The notes under the pieces are model-generated. The model saw only the letters and a list, made by a program, of their open reading frames with translations. It was not told the DNA's origin and made no database searches. DNA of 64,000 bases from Bdellovibrionota bacterium (GTDB taxonomy: Bacteria > Bdellovibrionota_C > UBA2361 > JBIKUX01): NCBI GenBank assembly GCA_044347345.1, contig JBIKUX010000007.1, positions 32,001 through 96,000 of the forward strand, written 5' to 3'. Every line of letters starts with the position of its first letter. The first letter of the stretch is position 1. Below are positions 1-9,929 of this stretch, piece after piece. A program made the position numbers and the translations under genes.

Positions 1-1425
1 GAGAATCTGCAACGTCGTCTTATAGTACGAATTGCCATGAGCCTTGCTCAAAGGATACCTCAAGTACGGTATGCAGAATTTAGAAAAAAATACGGTGCAG
101 ACCATGTGCTGAGATTTGCCGAAGCATTCGCAGCTCAAAAGGCAGTTAAGGGATTACTACTTGATGGTTTGGCGGTACTTTTTCAAACTTTTACTGGAGT
201 AATACTACTAGCCTTTTATCACCCATTCTTCTTAGCGTTTTCAATAGTGATGGTAGTATGTATCTCAATAATAATTCTTCCTTTTACCAGAGTGGGTGTT
301 TCAACAAGCATCAGAGAATCTGATGCAAAATATGAATTATTTGCCTGGTTACAAGATTTAGCCAGCACACCTGTTTTGTTTAAATCATCACGGGGTGAGT
401 CGTTAGCTATTCGTCGTTCAGATGAATTAACTAGACGTTATCTAAACAGGAGAAGATCTCACTTTTCAGTATTATTAACCCAAAATATTGGAGGATTACT
501 TTTACAAGCCATTGGGAGTGCTTCATTACTAGGTCTTGGTGGATACTTAGTGATTAATCAACAACTCACACTTGGCCAACTAGTAGCCGCTGAACTAATT
601 ATCACTTTGGTGCTATCAAGTGTCACTAAACTCGGTAAACATATCGAGACTTTTTATGACCTATCAGCATCGATAGCCAAACTTGATGCTCTCATGGAGC
701 TTCCAAAAGAAGAGGTAACAGGCTCGTTCTTCGGCGTTGATGAACAACCAGCTAGACTAGATATTCGTAAACTGCAATTTCGCTTCGGTGAGGGTGATTC
801 GCTCATAAAAGATCTGACTTTATCTTTAGCTGCGGGGGATAAATTAGCAATCTGGGGAGCTAATGGCTCGGGGAAATCACTTGTAGCCAATGCTATTTAC
901 CGACTTGTAAATCCCACTTCAGGGTGGATTGAGATTGACGGACACAATGTAAGTGAGATTCATCCACGCGAACTCAGAAGTGAGGTAGTGTTACTGAGAG
1001 GGCTTGAGTTATTTCACGGCACGGTAACCGACAATCTAACTCTTGGACACCCATCTATTTTACCTTCAGAAGTGCAAGATGCTCTCAAAATGGTAGGTCT
1101 ATTAAATGAGATTCGCTCTCTACCAGAGGGTATGAATACTTGGCTAAAAGGCACAGCTCAGCCCTTATCACGAGGTCAGGGTCACCAACTTATGATAGCT
1201 AGAGCTATTTTACAGCGTCCTCGACTACTAATTCTTGATGGCTCGCTTGACAGTATAGATGAAATCCACAGGAAAACAGTTTTAAGCTCGCTTATAACAG
1301 GGAAAACTCCTTGGACTCTTCTGGTGTTTACTCATGACGATGAAGTGTTATGTGAGTTTCCCCGATCTTATCAATTAACAAACGGAACGATAGTAAGCTT
1401 AACCCCGGGAGCTCGCCATGTCTGA
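1..1425 (+). CDS. Type I secretion ABC transporter (permease + ATPase), 5' truncated by the window edge
   Basis: Frame is open from base 1 (ENLQRRLIVRIAM...). TM helices, LTLGQLVAAE motif, Walker A GANGSGKS, signature LSRGQ, degenerate Walker B LILDG. Overlaps the next gene. Confidence 0.9.
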   Translation, partial: ENLQRRLIVRIAMSLAQRIPQVRYAEFRKKYGADHVLRFAEAFAAQKAVKGLLLDGLAVLFQTFTGVILLAFYHPFFLAFSIVMVVCISIIILPFTRVGVSTSIRESDAKYELFAWLQDLASTPVLFKSSRGESLAIRRSDELTRRYLNRRRSHFSVLLTQNIGGLLLQAIGSASLLGLGGYLVINQQLTLGQLVAAELIITLVLSSVTKLGKHIETFYDLSASIAKLDALMELPKEEVTGSFFGVDEQPARLDIRKLQFRFGEGDSLIKDLTLSLAAGDKLAIWGANGSGKSLVANAIYRLVNPTSGWIEIDGHNVSEIHPRELRSEVVLLRGLELFHGTVTDNLTLGHPSILPSEVQDALKMVGLLNEIRSLPEGMNTWLKGTAQPLSRGQGHQLMIARAILQRPRLLILDGSLDSIDEIHRKTVLSSLITGKTPWTLLVFTHDDEVLCEFPRSYQLTNGTIVSLTPGARHV

Positions 1426-2515
1426 GGATACTCGCATTTACTATCCGACTGTTCAAGAAATTGAACGTCGCTCGCCTGTTTCTATTTTTGCCACTAAAGC
1501 TGTTACATCTAGACGAACATTTCTTCTAGCAGCACTTATCGTACTCAGCATTTTTTCGCTTTTAGGCGTAGCGTTAATTTTTGTTCCTTGGGTACAGACA
1601 GTTCAAGGTAAAGGTCGAGTCATAGCGTATTCTCCTAATGAACGACAGCAAAGAATCGAATCTCCCATTGATGGAAGAATAGCTCACTGGCATGTTCATG
1701 AAGGAGACCGAGTGGTAAAGGATCAAATTCTTGCTGATATGGAGGATATTGACCCAAGAGCACTCGAACGACTCCAACAACAATTAGAAGCTTCAAAGAA
1801 AGCGGCCACGGCTTCTCAAACATCACTAGAAGTTTCTCGTAAAAATCTAACAAGACAAAAAGCCCTTTTAGACCGAGGACTCGCCTCTCAACGAGCATTT
1901 GAGCTTGCCAGGCTTGAAGTAGCAAAATTTGAGAGTGAACTGTCAAAGGCTCTGGCTGAGGTGGCAAAAACTGAAACCACGCTGTCACGACAAAGTCAGC
2001 AAGTAGTAAGAGCTTCACGAGACGGTACAATTATGCGAATCGTTGCACCACAGGGAGGAGTTGTAGCCAAAAAAGGTGATGAGATTGCTATGCTAGTTCC
2101 TGACACCAAAGAGCGAGCCGTTGAACTTTTCATTAGTGGCAATGATCTACCACTACTAGGAATTGGACGTGAGGTGCGGCTTCAATTTGAGGGATGGCCA
2201 GCCATTCAGTTTGCCGGTTGGCCTTCTGTAGCAATAGGTACATTTGGAGGAACAGTCGGGGTGATTGACGCAAGTGACGATGGGCGAGGAAATTTTCGCA
2301 TTCTCGTATTTCCACAAGAAGATGAACCTTGGCCTGATGTAAGGTATCTTAGACAAGGTGTGCGTGCGGTAGGCTGGGTATTACTTGATATGGTTCCTTT
2401 AGGCTGGGAGCTATGGCGACAATTCAATGGCTTTCCACCAACTGCGACGCCTGACGGAGATGAAAAAAACACTTTCGGTGGTGTATATGGGAATGTTCCT
2501 GCAAAGACTAAGTAA
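1418..2515 (+). CDS. HlyD-family membrane fusion protein
   Basis: N-terminal TM anchor, lipoyl-like half motifs (IESPIDGRI...VHEGDRV; VRASRDGTI), central coiled coil; lies between the ABC and TolC genes. Confidence 0.92.
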   Translation: MSEDTRIYYPTVQEIERRSPVSIFATKAVTSRRTFLLAALIVLSIFSLLGVALIFVPWVQTVQGKGRVIAYSPNERQQRIESPIDGRIAHWHVHEGDRVVKDQILADMEDIDPRALERLQQQLEASKKAATASQTSLEVSRKNLTRQKALLDRGLASQRAFELARLEVAKFESELSKALAEVAKTETTLSRQSQQVVRASRDGTIMRIVAPQGGVVAKKGDEIAMLVPDTKERAVELFISGNDLPLLGIGREVRLQFEGWPAIQFAGWPSVAIGTFGGTVGVIDASDDGRGNFRILVFPQEDEPWPDVRYLRQGVRAVGWVLLDMVPLGWELWRQFNGFPPTATPDGDEKNTFGGVYGNVPAKTK

Positions 2516-3929
2516 GTGCTTACTTTCTTGTCTTTTTTTTGCTTATCTTTTTTTTGTAAATAGTCCGTTAGAGGTTTGGGGAGAATCTTTAACACCAATC
2601 AAGGTGATTGAGAGTGCACTAGCTCATCATCCAGCTATTAAGGCGCAGCTAGCATCGCGGGATAACATTGCAGGTGATCTTCTTTCATCGCAAGGAGCAT
2701 TTGATCCTGCCATCGTCGGCAAAGATTTTTCTTATCTAACTGGAGGCTATAGTGGTGCTAGTTCAGAACTTGGCTTTGAAAAGCCCCTACAACTATATGG
2801 CTCACGCTTTTTTGCAGGATATCGACGAAGTGGGGGAAAATTTCCAGTTTATGATGGAGATTATTTAACAAACAGTAACGGAGAAATTAGTTTTGGAGTG
2901 GAAGTTCCGCTACTGCGAAACAGAGAGATTGATGAAAGAAGAGCCAAAATTCTTGAAAATGAAGCAAAAGTAGTAGGAGCTGAAGTTATAATTGAACAAG
3001 AAAGAATTGAGGTAGCTAGAGATGCTTTGCAGGCATATTGGACATGGGTTGCTGCGGGCGAGCGATATGGAGTGTATCGTGCGCTAGTAACAGTTGCTGA
3101 AGAGCGCACAGAGCAACTGAATGTACAAGCTCAACTCGGAGATGTGGCTAACATTTTAGTAACCGACAACCAACGAGCACTACTAAAAAGACAAGCTGAA
3201 CTGCTTAAGGCTAATGAAGCATTGCAACGAAGTCGGCTCCAACTATCACTTTACCTCTTTAGTAATGATGGTATTCCAATTATTCCTGATGATTCTGAGC
3301 TACCAAAGACTCTTCCTCCGGTTATGGTTAGAGATTACGGTGAACCTGAACCTAAAGTAGATCAAGCTCTACTAATGAGACCTGAGCTAAGATCAATAAA
3401 GCAGAAATTAGAAATGGTATCGGCTCGTCAAAGACTCGCTAATAACCAGCTTCTGCCTGAATTAAATGCAGTGCTGACTACATCTAACGACTACGGTAAT
3501 GGTAGCGGAGGTAGCGACACGAGTAGAGGTGAAGCCGAAGTTAAAGGTGGAATTCAAGTTAAGATTCCACTATACATGAGAAAAGCTCGCGGAATGGTTC
3601 AATCTGCCGATGCTCAAGAACGCGAATTAAACGCACTTCGCACCCTTTACACCCAAAAAATAGACCGAGATGTTCGTAAGTCACTCATAGCCTTAACGGT
3701 TGTAGGACAGCGTATCGATGTTGCTCGAAATGAAGTAAAAGCTGCAAAAGAACTTGAAAAGGGAGAGAGAATAAAATTTAGTCAAGGAGATAGTAATCTA
3801 ATTTTCGTAAATCTTAGAGAACAAACAACGGCAGACGCTGAAATTAGCTTAATTGATGCAATTCTTGATTTTCACGTTTATCGTGCTGAACTAGATGCGA
3901 CAATGGGGAAAGTCCCACAGCCCGACTGA
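2487..3929 (+). CDS. TolC-family outer membrane efflux protein (start uncertain: 2427/2460/2487/2493)
   Basis: Signal-like N-terminus, ALAHHPAI, VPLLRNR, QLLPELN, C-terminal GDSNLIFVNLRE; third gene of an ABC-HlyD-TolC operon. Confidence 0.9.
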   Translation: MGMFLQRLSKCLLSCLFFAYLFFVNSPLEVWGESLTPIKVIESALAHHPAIKAQLASRDNIAGDLLSSQGAFDPAIVGKDFSYLTGGYSGASSELGFEKPLQLYGSRFFAGYRRSGGKFPVYDGDYLTNSNGEISFGVEVPLLRNREIDERRAKILENEAKVVGAEVIIEQERIEVARDALQAYWTWVAAGERYGVYRALVTVAEERTEQLNVQAQLGDVANILVTDNQRALLKRQAELLKANEALQRSRLQLSLYLFSNDGIPIIPDDSELPKTLPPVMVRDYGEPEPKVDQALLMRPELRSIKQKLEMVSARQRLANNQLLPELNAVLTTSNDYGNGSGGSDTSRGEAEVKGGIQVKIPLYMRKARGMVQSADAQERELNALRTLYTQKIDRDVRKSLIALTVVGQRIDVARNEVKAAKELEKGERIKFSQGDSNLIFVNLREQTTADAEISLIDAILDFHVYRAELDATMGKVPQPD

Positions 3930-4009
3930 GCACAAATTACTGGGCGCAAATTCACGAAACACTTAATGACGAACAGAACTGCATGAGCTAGCTAAGAGAT
4001 TACCGTTCA

Positions 4010-5023
4010 TTAAAATAAAACCTCGCGGTATACCTCTTCGTTTTCAAGACACTTACCAGCACCCTCTACAACTGAGGCTAAAGGATCATCTGCAATAGTG
4101 ACCGCTACATTTAGCTCTTCAACAATATGCCTATCAAGACCCTTGAGCAGAGCTCCACCACCCGCAAGAGCTAAACCACGAGAGATTATATCTCCAGAAA
4201 GCTCTGGTGGAGTATTCTCTAATGCTTGTCTTATAGCCGCGGTAATTGATCCTACTACCTCAGAAATCGCTTCTCTAATTTCTCCAGCTTGAACAACAAG
4301 TGATGCCGGAGCTCCACTGATAAGACTACGGCCACGCACTTCCATCTCTTGATTATCATAATCAGGATGGGCGCTTCCAATGGTCTTTTTGACTAGCTCT
4401 GCCGTAGCCTCTCCAATTAAAAGGTGATGACGACGTCTAAGGTGGTTAATAATAGCTTCATCCATAGCGTCACCACCTTCACGAACAGATATCGAATACA
4501 CGATATCACGCAGGCTGACTACAGCTATATCAGTCGTTCCACCCCCTATATCAACAATCATGCTAGCTGTTGCCTCAGTAACCGGAAGGTTACACCCAAT
4601 TGCAGCCGCCATAGCTTCATCGATAAGCCTCACATCGCGAGCTTGAGAATCAATTGCCTCTCTTATAGCTCGCTTTTCTACCTCAGTAATACTGCTTGGA
4701 ACTCCCACCATAACTCTAGGCCGAAAAAGACCTCGAGAGCGGCGACGCACTCTGGTAAGAAAATGGCTGAGCATAATTGCAGCCACATCAAAATCAGCTA
4801 TGACTCCCGTGCGGACTGGACGAATAACTCGCACTCCCTCCGGCGTACGCCCCTGCATGGGCTTAGCCTCCGATCCAAAAGCAACAGGTTGCTTGCGGTG
4901 TCCATCCAAACGGACGGCTACAATGGAGGGTTCGTTTAGAACAATACCTTTACCCTTTTCGTAAATAAGGGTGTTAGCTGTCCCCAAATCAATAGCTAGG
5001 TCACGAGCAACGAGACGAAACAT
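4010..5023 (-). CDS. mreB: Rod shape-determining actin-like protein MreB
   Basis: AIDLGTANT, NEPSIVA, GVIADF, DIGGGTT and GGGALLKG motifs. Confidence 0.95.
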   Translation of the reverse strand: MFRLVARDLAIDLGTANTLIYEKGKGIVLNEPSIVAVRLDGHRKQPVAFGSEAKPMQGRTPEGVRVIRPVRTGVIADFDVAAIMLSHFLTRVRRRSRGLFRPRVMVGVPSSITEVEKRAIREAIDSQARDVRLIDEAMAAAIGCNLPVTEATASMIVDIGGGTTDIAVVSLRDIVYSISVREGGDAMDEAIINHLRRRHHLLIGEATAELVKKTIGSAHPDYDNQEMEVRGRSLISGAPASLVVQAGEIREAISEVVGSITAAIRQALENTPPELSGDIISRGLALAGGGALLKGLDRHIVEELNVAVTIADDPLASVVEGAGKCLENEEVYREVLF

Positions 5024-5082
5024 GGAACTCCATCAAAAATATGCTGTTACTATAATCTTTTTATTGTACGACGACCAGAACA

Positions 5083-5943
5083 TTACTTGTAGATATAGAA
5101 ACCACGACCTACTTTTTTGCCAAGCCACCCGGCTTCAACGTACTTTACCAGAAGAGGACACGGACGGTACTTATCTTCACCTAATTCTTTGTGAAGCACC
5201 CTGAGAATAGCTAAGAGAGTATCTAGTCCAACAAAGTCAGCTAGAGTTAGTGGACCCATAGGATGATTTGTTCCTAACTTCATCGCGGTATCAATCGCTT
5301 CTTTATGAACACCCTCTTGTAAAAGAAAGATGGCTTCATTCACCATCGGAACCAAAATCCGATTTACAATAAATCCAGGAGTATCAATACCACGCACTAC
5401 TACCTTCTTCATCTGCTCGGCGATAGCTTCAATCGTGGAGATGGTTTCTGGTGATGTTGCTATTCCCGGTATTACCTCAACTAAAGCCATTACTGGCACG
5501 GGATTCATAAAATGCATACCAATTACCCTATCAGGACGCTCCGTAGCTCGTCCAAGTCTTGTAATAGATATTGAGGAAGTATTGCTAGCAATAAGTCCTG
5601 ATGGAGGCAATATTTTATCTAAACGATAGAAAATTTCTTCTTTTAGTTGTACATCCTCTCGCACAGCTTCAATTACTAAATTAGCCTCACTAAACTCCTC
5701 TAGTTCCTTTACCACTAAGATTCGCTCGAGAGCCTCGCATTTTTCTACTTCAGTTATAGACCCCTTTACTACTCCAGCGGTCAATTTTTGTTTAATACTT
5801 GATAAAGCTCGCTCTGCGTTACCCGGAAGTGCATCAAAAAGTAAAACTTTGTATTTACCAATATGCCCAGCCACCTGAGCGATACCTTCACCCATCTGCC
5901 CTGCTCCCAAGACTCCCACACACAAGCTATCACTCACGAGCAT
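5083..5943 (-). CDS. hbd: 3-hydroxybutyryl-CoA (3-hydroxyacyl-CoA) dehydrogenase
   Basis: GAGQMGEGIA Rossmann motif, ASNTSSISIT, GMHFMNP, PGFIVNR, NHPMGPL, GKKVGRGFY. An AAGGAG RBS points to a start at 5943 or GTG 5937. Confidence 0.92.
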   Translation of the reverse strand: MLVSDSLCVGVLGAGQMGEGIAQVAGHIGKYKVLLFDALPGNAERALSSIKQKLTAGVVKGSITEVEKCEALERILVVKELEEFSEANLVIEAVREDVQLKEEIFYRLDKILPPSGLIASNTSSISITRLGRATERPDRVIGMHFMNPVPVMALVEVIPGIATSPETISTIEAIAEQMKKVVVRGIDTPGFIVNRILVPMVNEAIFLLQEGVHKEAIDTAMKLGTNHPMGPLTLADFVGLDTLLAILRVLHKELGEDKYRPCPLLVKYVEAGWLGKKVGRGFYIYK

Positions 5944-6003
5944 CTCCTTATAAATAACCGGTATAATCAAACACTTTTAAATGCTATTACGGTACGTCTA
6001 AGT

Positions 6004-6687
6004 ATGTTAACCGCACAACTAATTAATCTGGTAAGAAACAAATCACTTAGTAAAAGTTTATTATCTATAATTTTTGTTACAATAGTTTTTCCCTCACAGT
6101 TAATAGCTATTCCAAAAAAAAATTGTCTAAAACACGAGAGCACTTTTACCGTTTCAAAAACTTTAGGCTCAGCTAGCTTGGTAAAAAACAGGTTTAATCG
6201 CGAAGGTTCGCTTCGTTTTGAGTTATCACGCGCCACGGCCAGAGCTAAAGAAGTGCTAGATGTAAATTTTTGCTCAGGGTCAGAATGTAATTTAAAAACA
6301 AACCACTCAAAAATAACCCTCTCAGTAATTCCTGAAAAGACGGTAAATAGTACTAAAGAGTGTGAGACTTACTTGGCAAGTACAACAAAAAATCCATTAA
6401 CTTTTATGAGAACCTTTTCTGATATAAGAGAATTTGAAGATTGGTTTCGAAATTTCTCAACAGGCAAAGGAACAGATGGGCATAAACTTTATGAATTGTG
6501 CCCTGGGAAATGTAGTCCTCAATACAACGTAGATTTACAATGGATAAACTTGGGTATCATGGCTCGGACACAGATTATATGTGGCTATTCAAGAGATATA
6601 TCAAATAATAAATATCAAGTTATAACTTCAGTAACAGGATCTTGTATAAATAAAAATGCGCCATTGCCAAGTTTGTCCTATAAGTGA
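6004..6687 (+). CDS. Hypothetical exported cysteine-rich protein
   Basis: Basic N-terminus plus hydrophobic stretch; several Cys including CPGKCSPQY; no family recognised. Confidence 0.65.
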   Translation: MLTAQLINLVRNKSLSKSLLSIIFVTIVFPSQLIAIPKKNCLKHESTFTVSKTLGSASLVKNRFNREGSLRFELSRATARAKEVLDVNFCSGSECNLKTNHSKITLSVIPEKTVNSTKECETYLASTTKNPLTFMRTFSDIREFEDWFRNFSTGKGTDGHKLYELCPGKCSPQYNVDLQWINLGIMARTQIICGYSRDISNNKYQVITSVTGSCINKNAPLPSLSYK

Positions 6688-6736
6688 TTTTATAGAGTAT
6701 CTAAGGATAGTTTTTCTTATTGTTGGATTTCTTGTT

Positions 6737-7363
6737 ATGACTTTTCTGTGGGTTGCTCCCGGCGGAACATCTGAAGCTTTTACCATCAATAAATTATCCG
6801 CACCTGAAAAAAAAAGTTCTAAGGTATCAGCTATATCTAAAGTATCTGAGGTTTCACCAAAAATTGTTGCTGAAACTTACGACAGTACCTACCGAAAATT
6901 GCCAAGAAACAATACCCCACCTCCGCGCATAGTGGCTAAGGTGGAGAATCTTATGACATCACCTGTGGTGACGATTTCCGTGGAAAAAAACTACCGTGAA
7001 GCTCAAGAAGCTTTAGTAATAGGCAAATTCCGGCATTTACCGGTAATTGGTCGAGATCGATCTATTCAAGGCATTATCTCTGAGAGAGACCTTCTGCGAG
7101 CGGCAGCAACCAAAACTTATAACGAGAATTTAGGTATAACAACCGAGGAATTTTTAGCAGATTATTCGGTGCGCTTTCTTCTTCGGTCACCCGTTTTAAC
7201 TGCTACACCCGACAGCTCTATTAGAGAAGCAGCAGAGGTAATGTATGCAGCTAGAGTGGGATGTTTACCCGTTGTAAAAAGTACCCAATTAGTTGGCATT
7301 ATTACTCGTAGTGACATACTTAAAGCACTTGTAAATGAAGCTCCGATAGAAATATGGGTCTAA
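6737..7363 (+). CDS. CBS-domain pair protein
   Basis: LMTSPVVTI, FRHLPVI, GIISERDLL, VGCLPVV, GIITRSDIL. Start may be 6656 or 6737. Confidence 0.9.
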   Translation: MTFLWVAPGGTSEAFTINKLSAPEKKSSKVSAISKVSEVSPKIVAETYDSTYRKLPRNNTPPPRIVAKVENLMTSPVVTISVEKNYREAQEALVIGKFRHLPVIGRDRSIQGIISERDLLRAAATKTYNENLGITTEEFLADYSVRFLLRSPVLTATPDSSIREAAEVMYAARVGCLPVVKSTQLVGIITRSDILKALVNEAPIEIWV

Positions 7364-7478
7364 AAAATTACTTAAGTAATTTACTTTTTATCAGTAACAA
7401 TCAAACTAACCGAGACTCATGCCTCCTGCGTGTAGTGTCACCTCATATCGTTCTAGTAGTGGCGAGCCCCCCCGCGAG

Positions 7479-7523
7479 TCCGAGGGAAACATATCCGAGT
7501 GAAATATATCCGAGGGAAAAATA
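7479..7523. repeat. Three tandem copies of a 15-bp unit TCCGAG(G/T)GAAA(C/T/A)ATA
   Basis: tccgagggaaacata / tccgagtgaaatata / tccgagggaaaaata, read directly from the sequence. Confidence 0.9.
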
Positions 7524-7561
7524 CTGGGACACTGCTCTTACCACTACCTCAGATTTTAAGT

Positions 7562-8236
7562 TTAAGGTGCTAGCCTCTCAGGGATTAACGTAAATCCATT
7601 GGTTGCCGAACCGACGATATTATAGATTACAAACTTCTTGGTCGCCACTCCAGATACCTTCGCTAGCGACTTTCTATTTCTTCCCGCAAACACGTTTACC
7701 TTGAACCTAAGTGTTCTGGTGAGCACACTTAATTTCGCAAAATCGCCGTTAGTAATCTTCCTAGTTGTCGGTCTGAGCAGGTCGCGGCTACTAAACCTCA
7801 CAGATACGGGTCCTGCAAAAGCGAGGTGCCGCACGGCAACCGTTGCGGGGATTAAGAGGTCTTTGGTGTTGTTAAAGACTACGAGCTGCGGTGTCTTGGC
7901 CTGCGACAGGCTCGCTACCAGCGAGAAGGAATTACTGAAATCATTCGGGATGGTTACACTTTGGGTGATAACCGGTGCCTGCCGACACGCCCCATCGGCA
8001 ATATGCACAGTTATGTTGTAGGTTGCCGGGGCAAGCTCGACGAGTGCTGATTGAGTAAAGGTAACACCTTTAAGCGCGCAACTGCCATTTACCGCGATAT
8101 CAACTGGAAGACCACGCGCAAGACCAAGATCGCGGCCATCGATGCCGTGCACCACATTTACCGAAGCCGCCCAAGTGGGTGACGAACTAACAAACATTAA
8201 GGCGACGAGAGCGAGGGTAAACCGTAGTAAGTTCAT
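7562..8236 (-). CDS. Secreted DUF4397-like protein
   Basis: Sec signal (…PTWA), VNVVHGI…LPVDIAVNG and a repeated VRHLA…GPV motif typical of DUF4397; GAGG RBS. Confidence 0.75.
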   Translation of the reverse strand: MNLLRFTLALVALMFVSSSPTWAASVNVVHGIDGRDLGLARGLPVDIAVNGSCALKGVTFTQSALVELAPATYNITVHIADGACRQAPVITQSVTIPNDFSNSFSLVASLSQAKTPQLVVFNNTKDLLIPATVAVRHLAFAGPVSVRFSSRDLLRPTTRKITNGDFAKLSVLTRTLRFKVNVFAGRNRKSLAKVSGVATKKFVIYNIVGSATNGFTLIPERLAP

Positions 8237-8370
8237 GTATACCTCAATTAAACTAGGAGATTATTAAATACTGCTATTATTTAACAGCATTATGTAAGGG
8301 CACTTTATTTAAGTCAAGAATTGCTGCACATTAATGGCATCATTAGAAATATTCAAACGTATTGCACAGC

Positions 8371-9219
8371 ATGGCCGCCGCCGTCGACCTAACAGCATTT
8401 ATTCAGGCCATTGTAAGAACACTGGTACGCTGGTGCCTTAAACGCGGTGTGCGTGCAGCACAGGTCGAGGAGATCTTGCGGAAAACATTCGTGCAGGAAG
8501 CTCAACGTGAGATTGAAGTTGCTCAAGGCGCATTTAGTGTGAGTAAGGTAAGTGTTATGACTGGCCTGCACCGGACCGAGGTTGCGCGGCACCTTTCGAG
8601 CGAATCCACGGCGCCGGGCAAGCACGACATACTAAACAGAGTTATCGGTTTATGGTCTAGTGCGAAGAAATATCAAATAAAAGGTGGGCGCCCCAGAGCT
8701 TTAACCTATGAAGGTCTTGAAAGTGAGTTCGCAGCACTTGTGGCTCAAGTTAGTAAAGAGATTACCCACTATCCGATTTTATTTGAGTTAGAGCGTATCG
8801 GGGCGATTGAATATAGCGAAAACAAGGTCAAACCTGTGACCTTAGAGTATATACCGTGCGAAGATATACAGTATGGCCTCGACCTGCTCTCGTCCGACGC
8901 CGCTGATTTAGCCTCCGCCGTAGAGGCAAACCTAACAAACAAGAACGCTCAACCAAGCCTGCACCTACGCACATCTTTTGATAACATCGACCCAGAGCGC
9001 CTTGGTGAAATCCGCCAATGGATTCTAAGCAAAGGCGCCGAATTTCATTCAGCCGTGCGCGAGCACCTGGCCCAATACGATCGTGATGTCAAACCCGGAA
9101 CCGCGCCAACACTATCACGCGCGCGTGTAACGGTAACGAGCTTCTCCATCGCTGAGTCTATACAAACACCGAAGTTGATAATACCTAAAAAAAGAGGAAG
9201 GAAAAAATGCGTGTCGTAA
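8371..9219 (+). CDS. DUF6502-family protein with a predicted HTH
   Basis: LVRWCLKRGV, SVSKVSVMTGLHRTEV, VIGLW, PRALTYEG…SEFAALV…VSKE pattern. Confidence 0.8.
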   Translation: MAAAVDLTAFIQAIVRTLVRWCLKRGVRAAQVEEILRKTFVQEAQREIEVAQGAFSVSKVSVMTGLHRTEVARHLSSESTAPGKHDILNRVIGLWSSAKKYQIKGGRPRALTYEGLESEFAALVAQVSKEITHYPILFELERIGAIEYSENKVKPVTLEYIPCEDIQYGLDLLSSDAADLASAVEANLTNKNAQPSLHLRTSFDNIDPERLGEIRQWILSKGAEFHSAVREHLAQYDRDVKPGTAPTLSRARVTVTSFSIAESIQTPKLIIPKKRGRKKCVS

Positions 9220-9929
9220 GTGTTCGCAGAGGCCTCCTCCTGCACTCAATCCCCGTCCTATTTGTGGTCACCATTATTGGTTGTGGTGGTGGCACTACGG
9301 GAACCTCTCCGACCAATGAACTAAAGTTTAGCGGCCTGGTGCAACAGTCGAACGGAACACCAGCGCCATCGCTTTTGATGACTGTACGCTCCGGCCTAAC
9401 TAACGACAACTTACTCTACTCGGGAACCAACGAACAGGGAGAGTTCGCAATGGATCTGCCAGCCGACGAGGAATCTTTAGTTATCGATGTTCAGGGTGTA
9501 GGCTCCACCACGGTGACCCGTGCTCAGCGCGGTGCAGGTATAATCACAGCGAAGCTTCAGGTGATGCCCGAAGGAGGGCTATCTACTTCGCAACTCTCAG
9601 AAGCGCAGATTGACGAGGCGGTGCTATGCAGCAGCTTAGCTGTGAGTGGCAATATGCTAAATATTGTAGGAGACGTTGGACAAGAACCGTGCCTGGTTGT
9701 CATCTCTATTGCCTCGCAAAAGCTCGGTGTAGCCGAGTTTGAAGGAGTATTGAGCGCCGTCTGTGATAACACTCGGGTAGACCTGGAAGCAGCAAGGGCA
9801 TCGCAACAAGGGCAAGGGCAGATAGCACTTGATCTTAACCGAGCTTTTTCTAGAGGGTGTGAGGAGGTTAAGCTTAGCGTTCTTCATAGCAAGGTACCGG
9901 AATTGGTTGCATCCTTTATTGTTGAATAG
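9207..9929 (+). CDS. Predicted lipoprotein with a carboxypeptidase-regulatory-like beta domain
   Basis: Lipobox IIGC followed by GGGTTGT; FSGLVQQSNGTP…GTNEQGEF; overlaps the DUF6502 stop. Confidence 0.7.
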   Translation: MRVVSVRRGLLLHSIPVLFVVTIIGCGGGTTGTSPTNELKFSGLVQQSNGTPAPSLLMTVRSGLTNDNLLYSGTNEQGEFAMDLPADEESLVIDVQGVGSTTVTRAQRGAGIITAKLQVMPEGGLSTSQLSEAQIDEAVLCSSLAVSGNMLNIVGDVGQEPCLVVISIASQKLGVAEFEGVLSAVCDNTRVDLEAARASQQGQGQIALDLNRAFSRGCEEVKLSVLHSKVPELVASFIVE

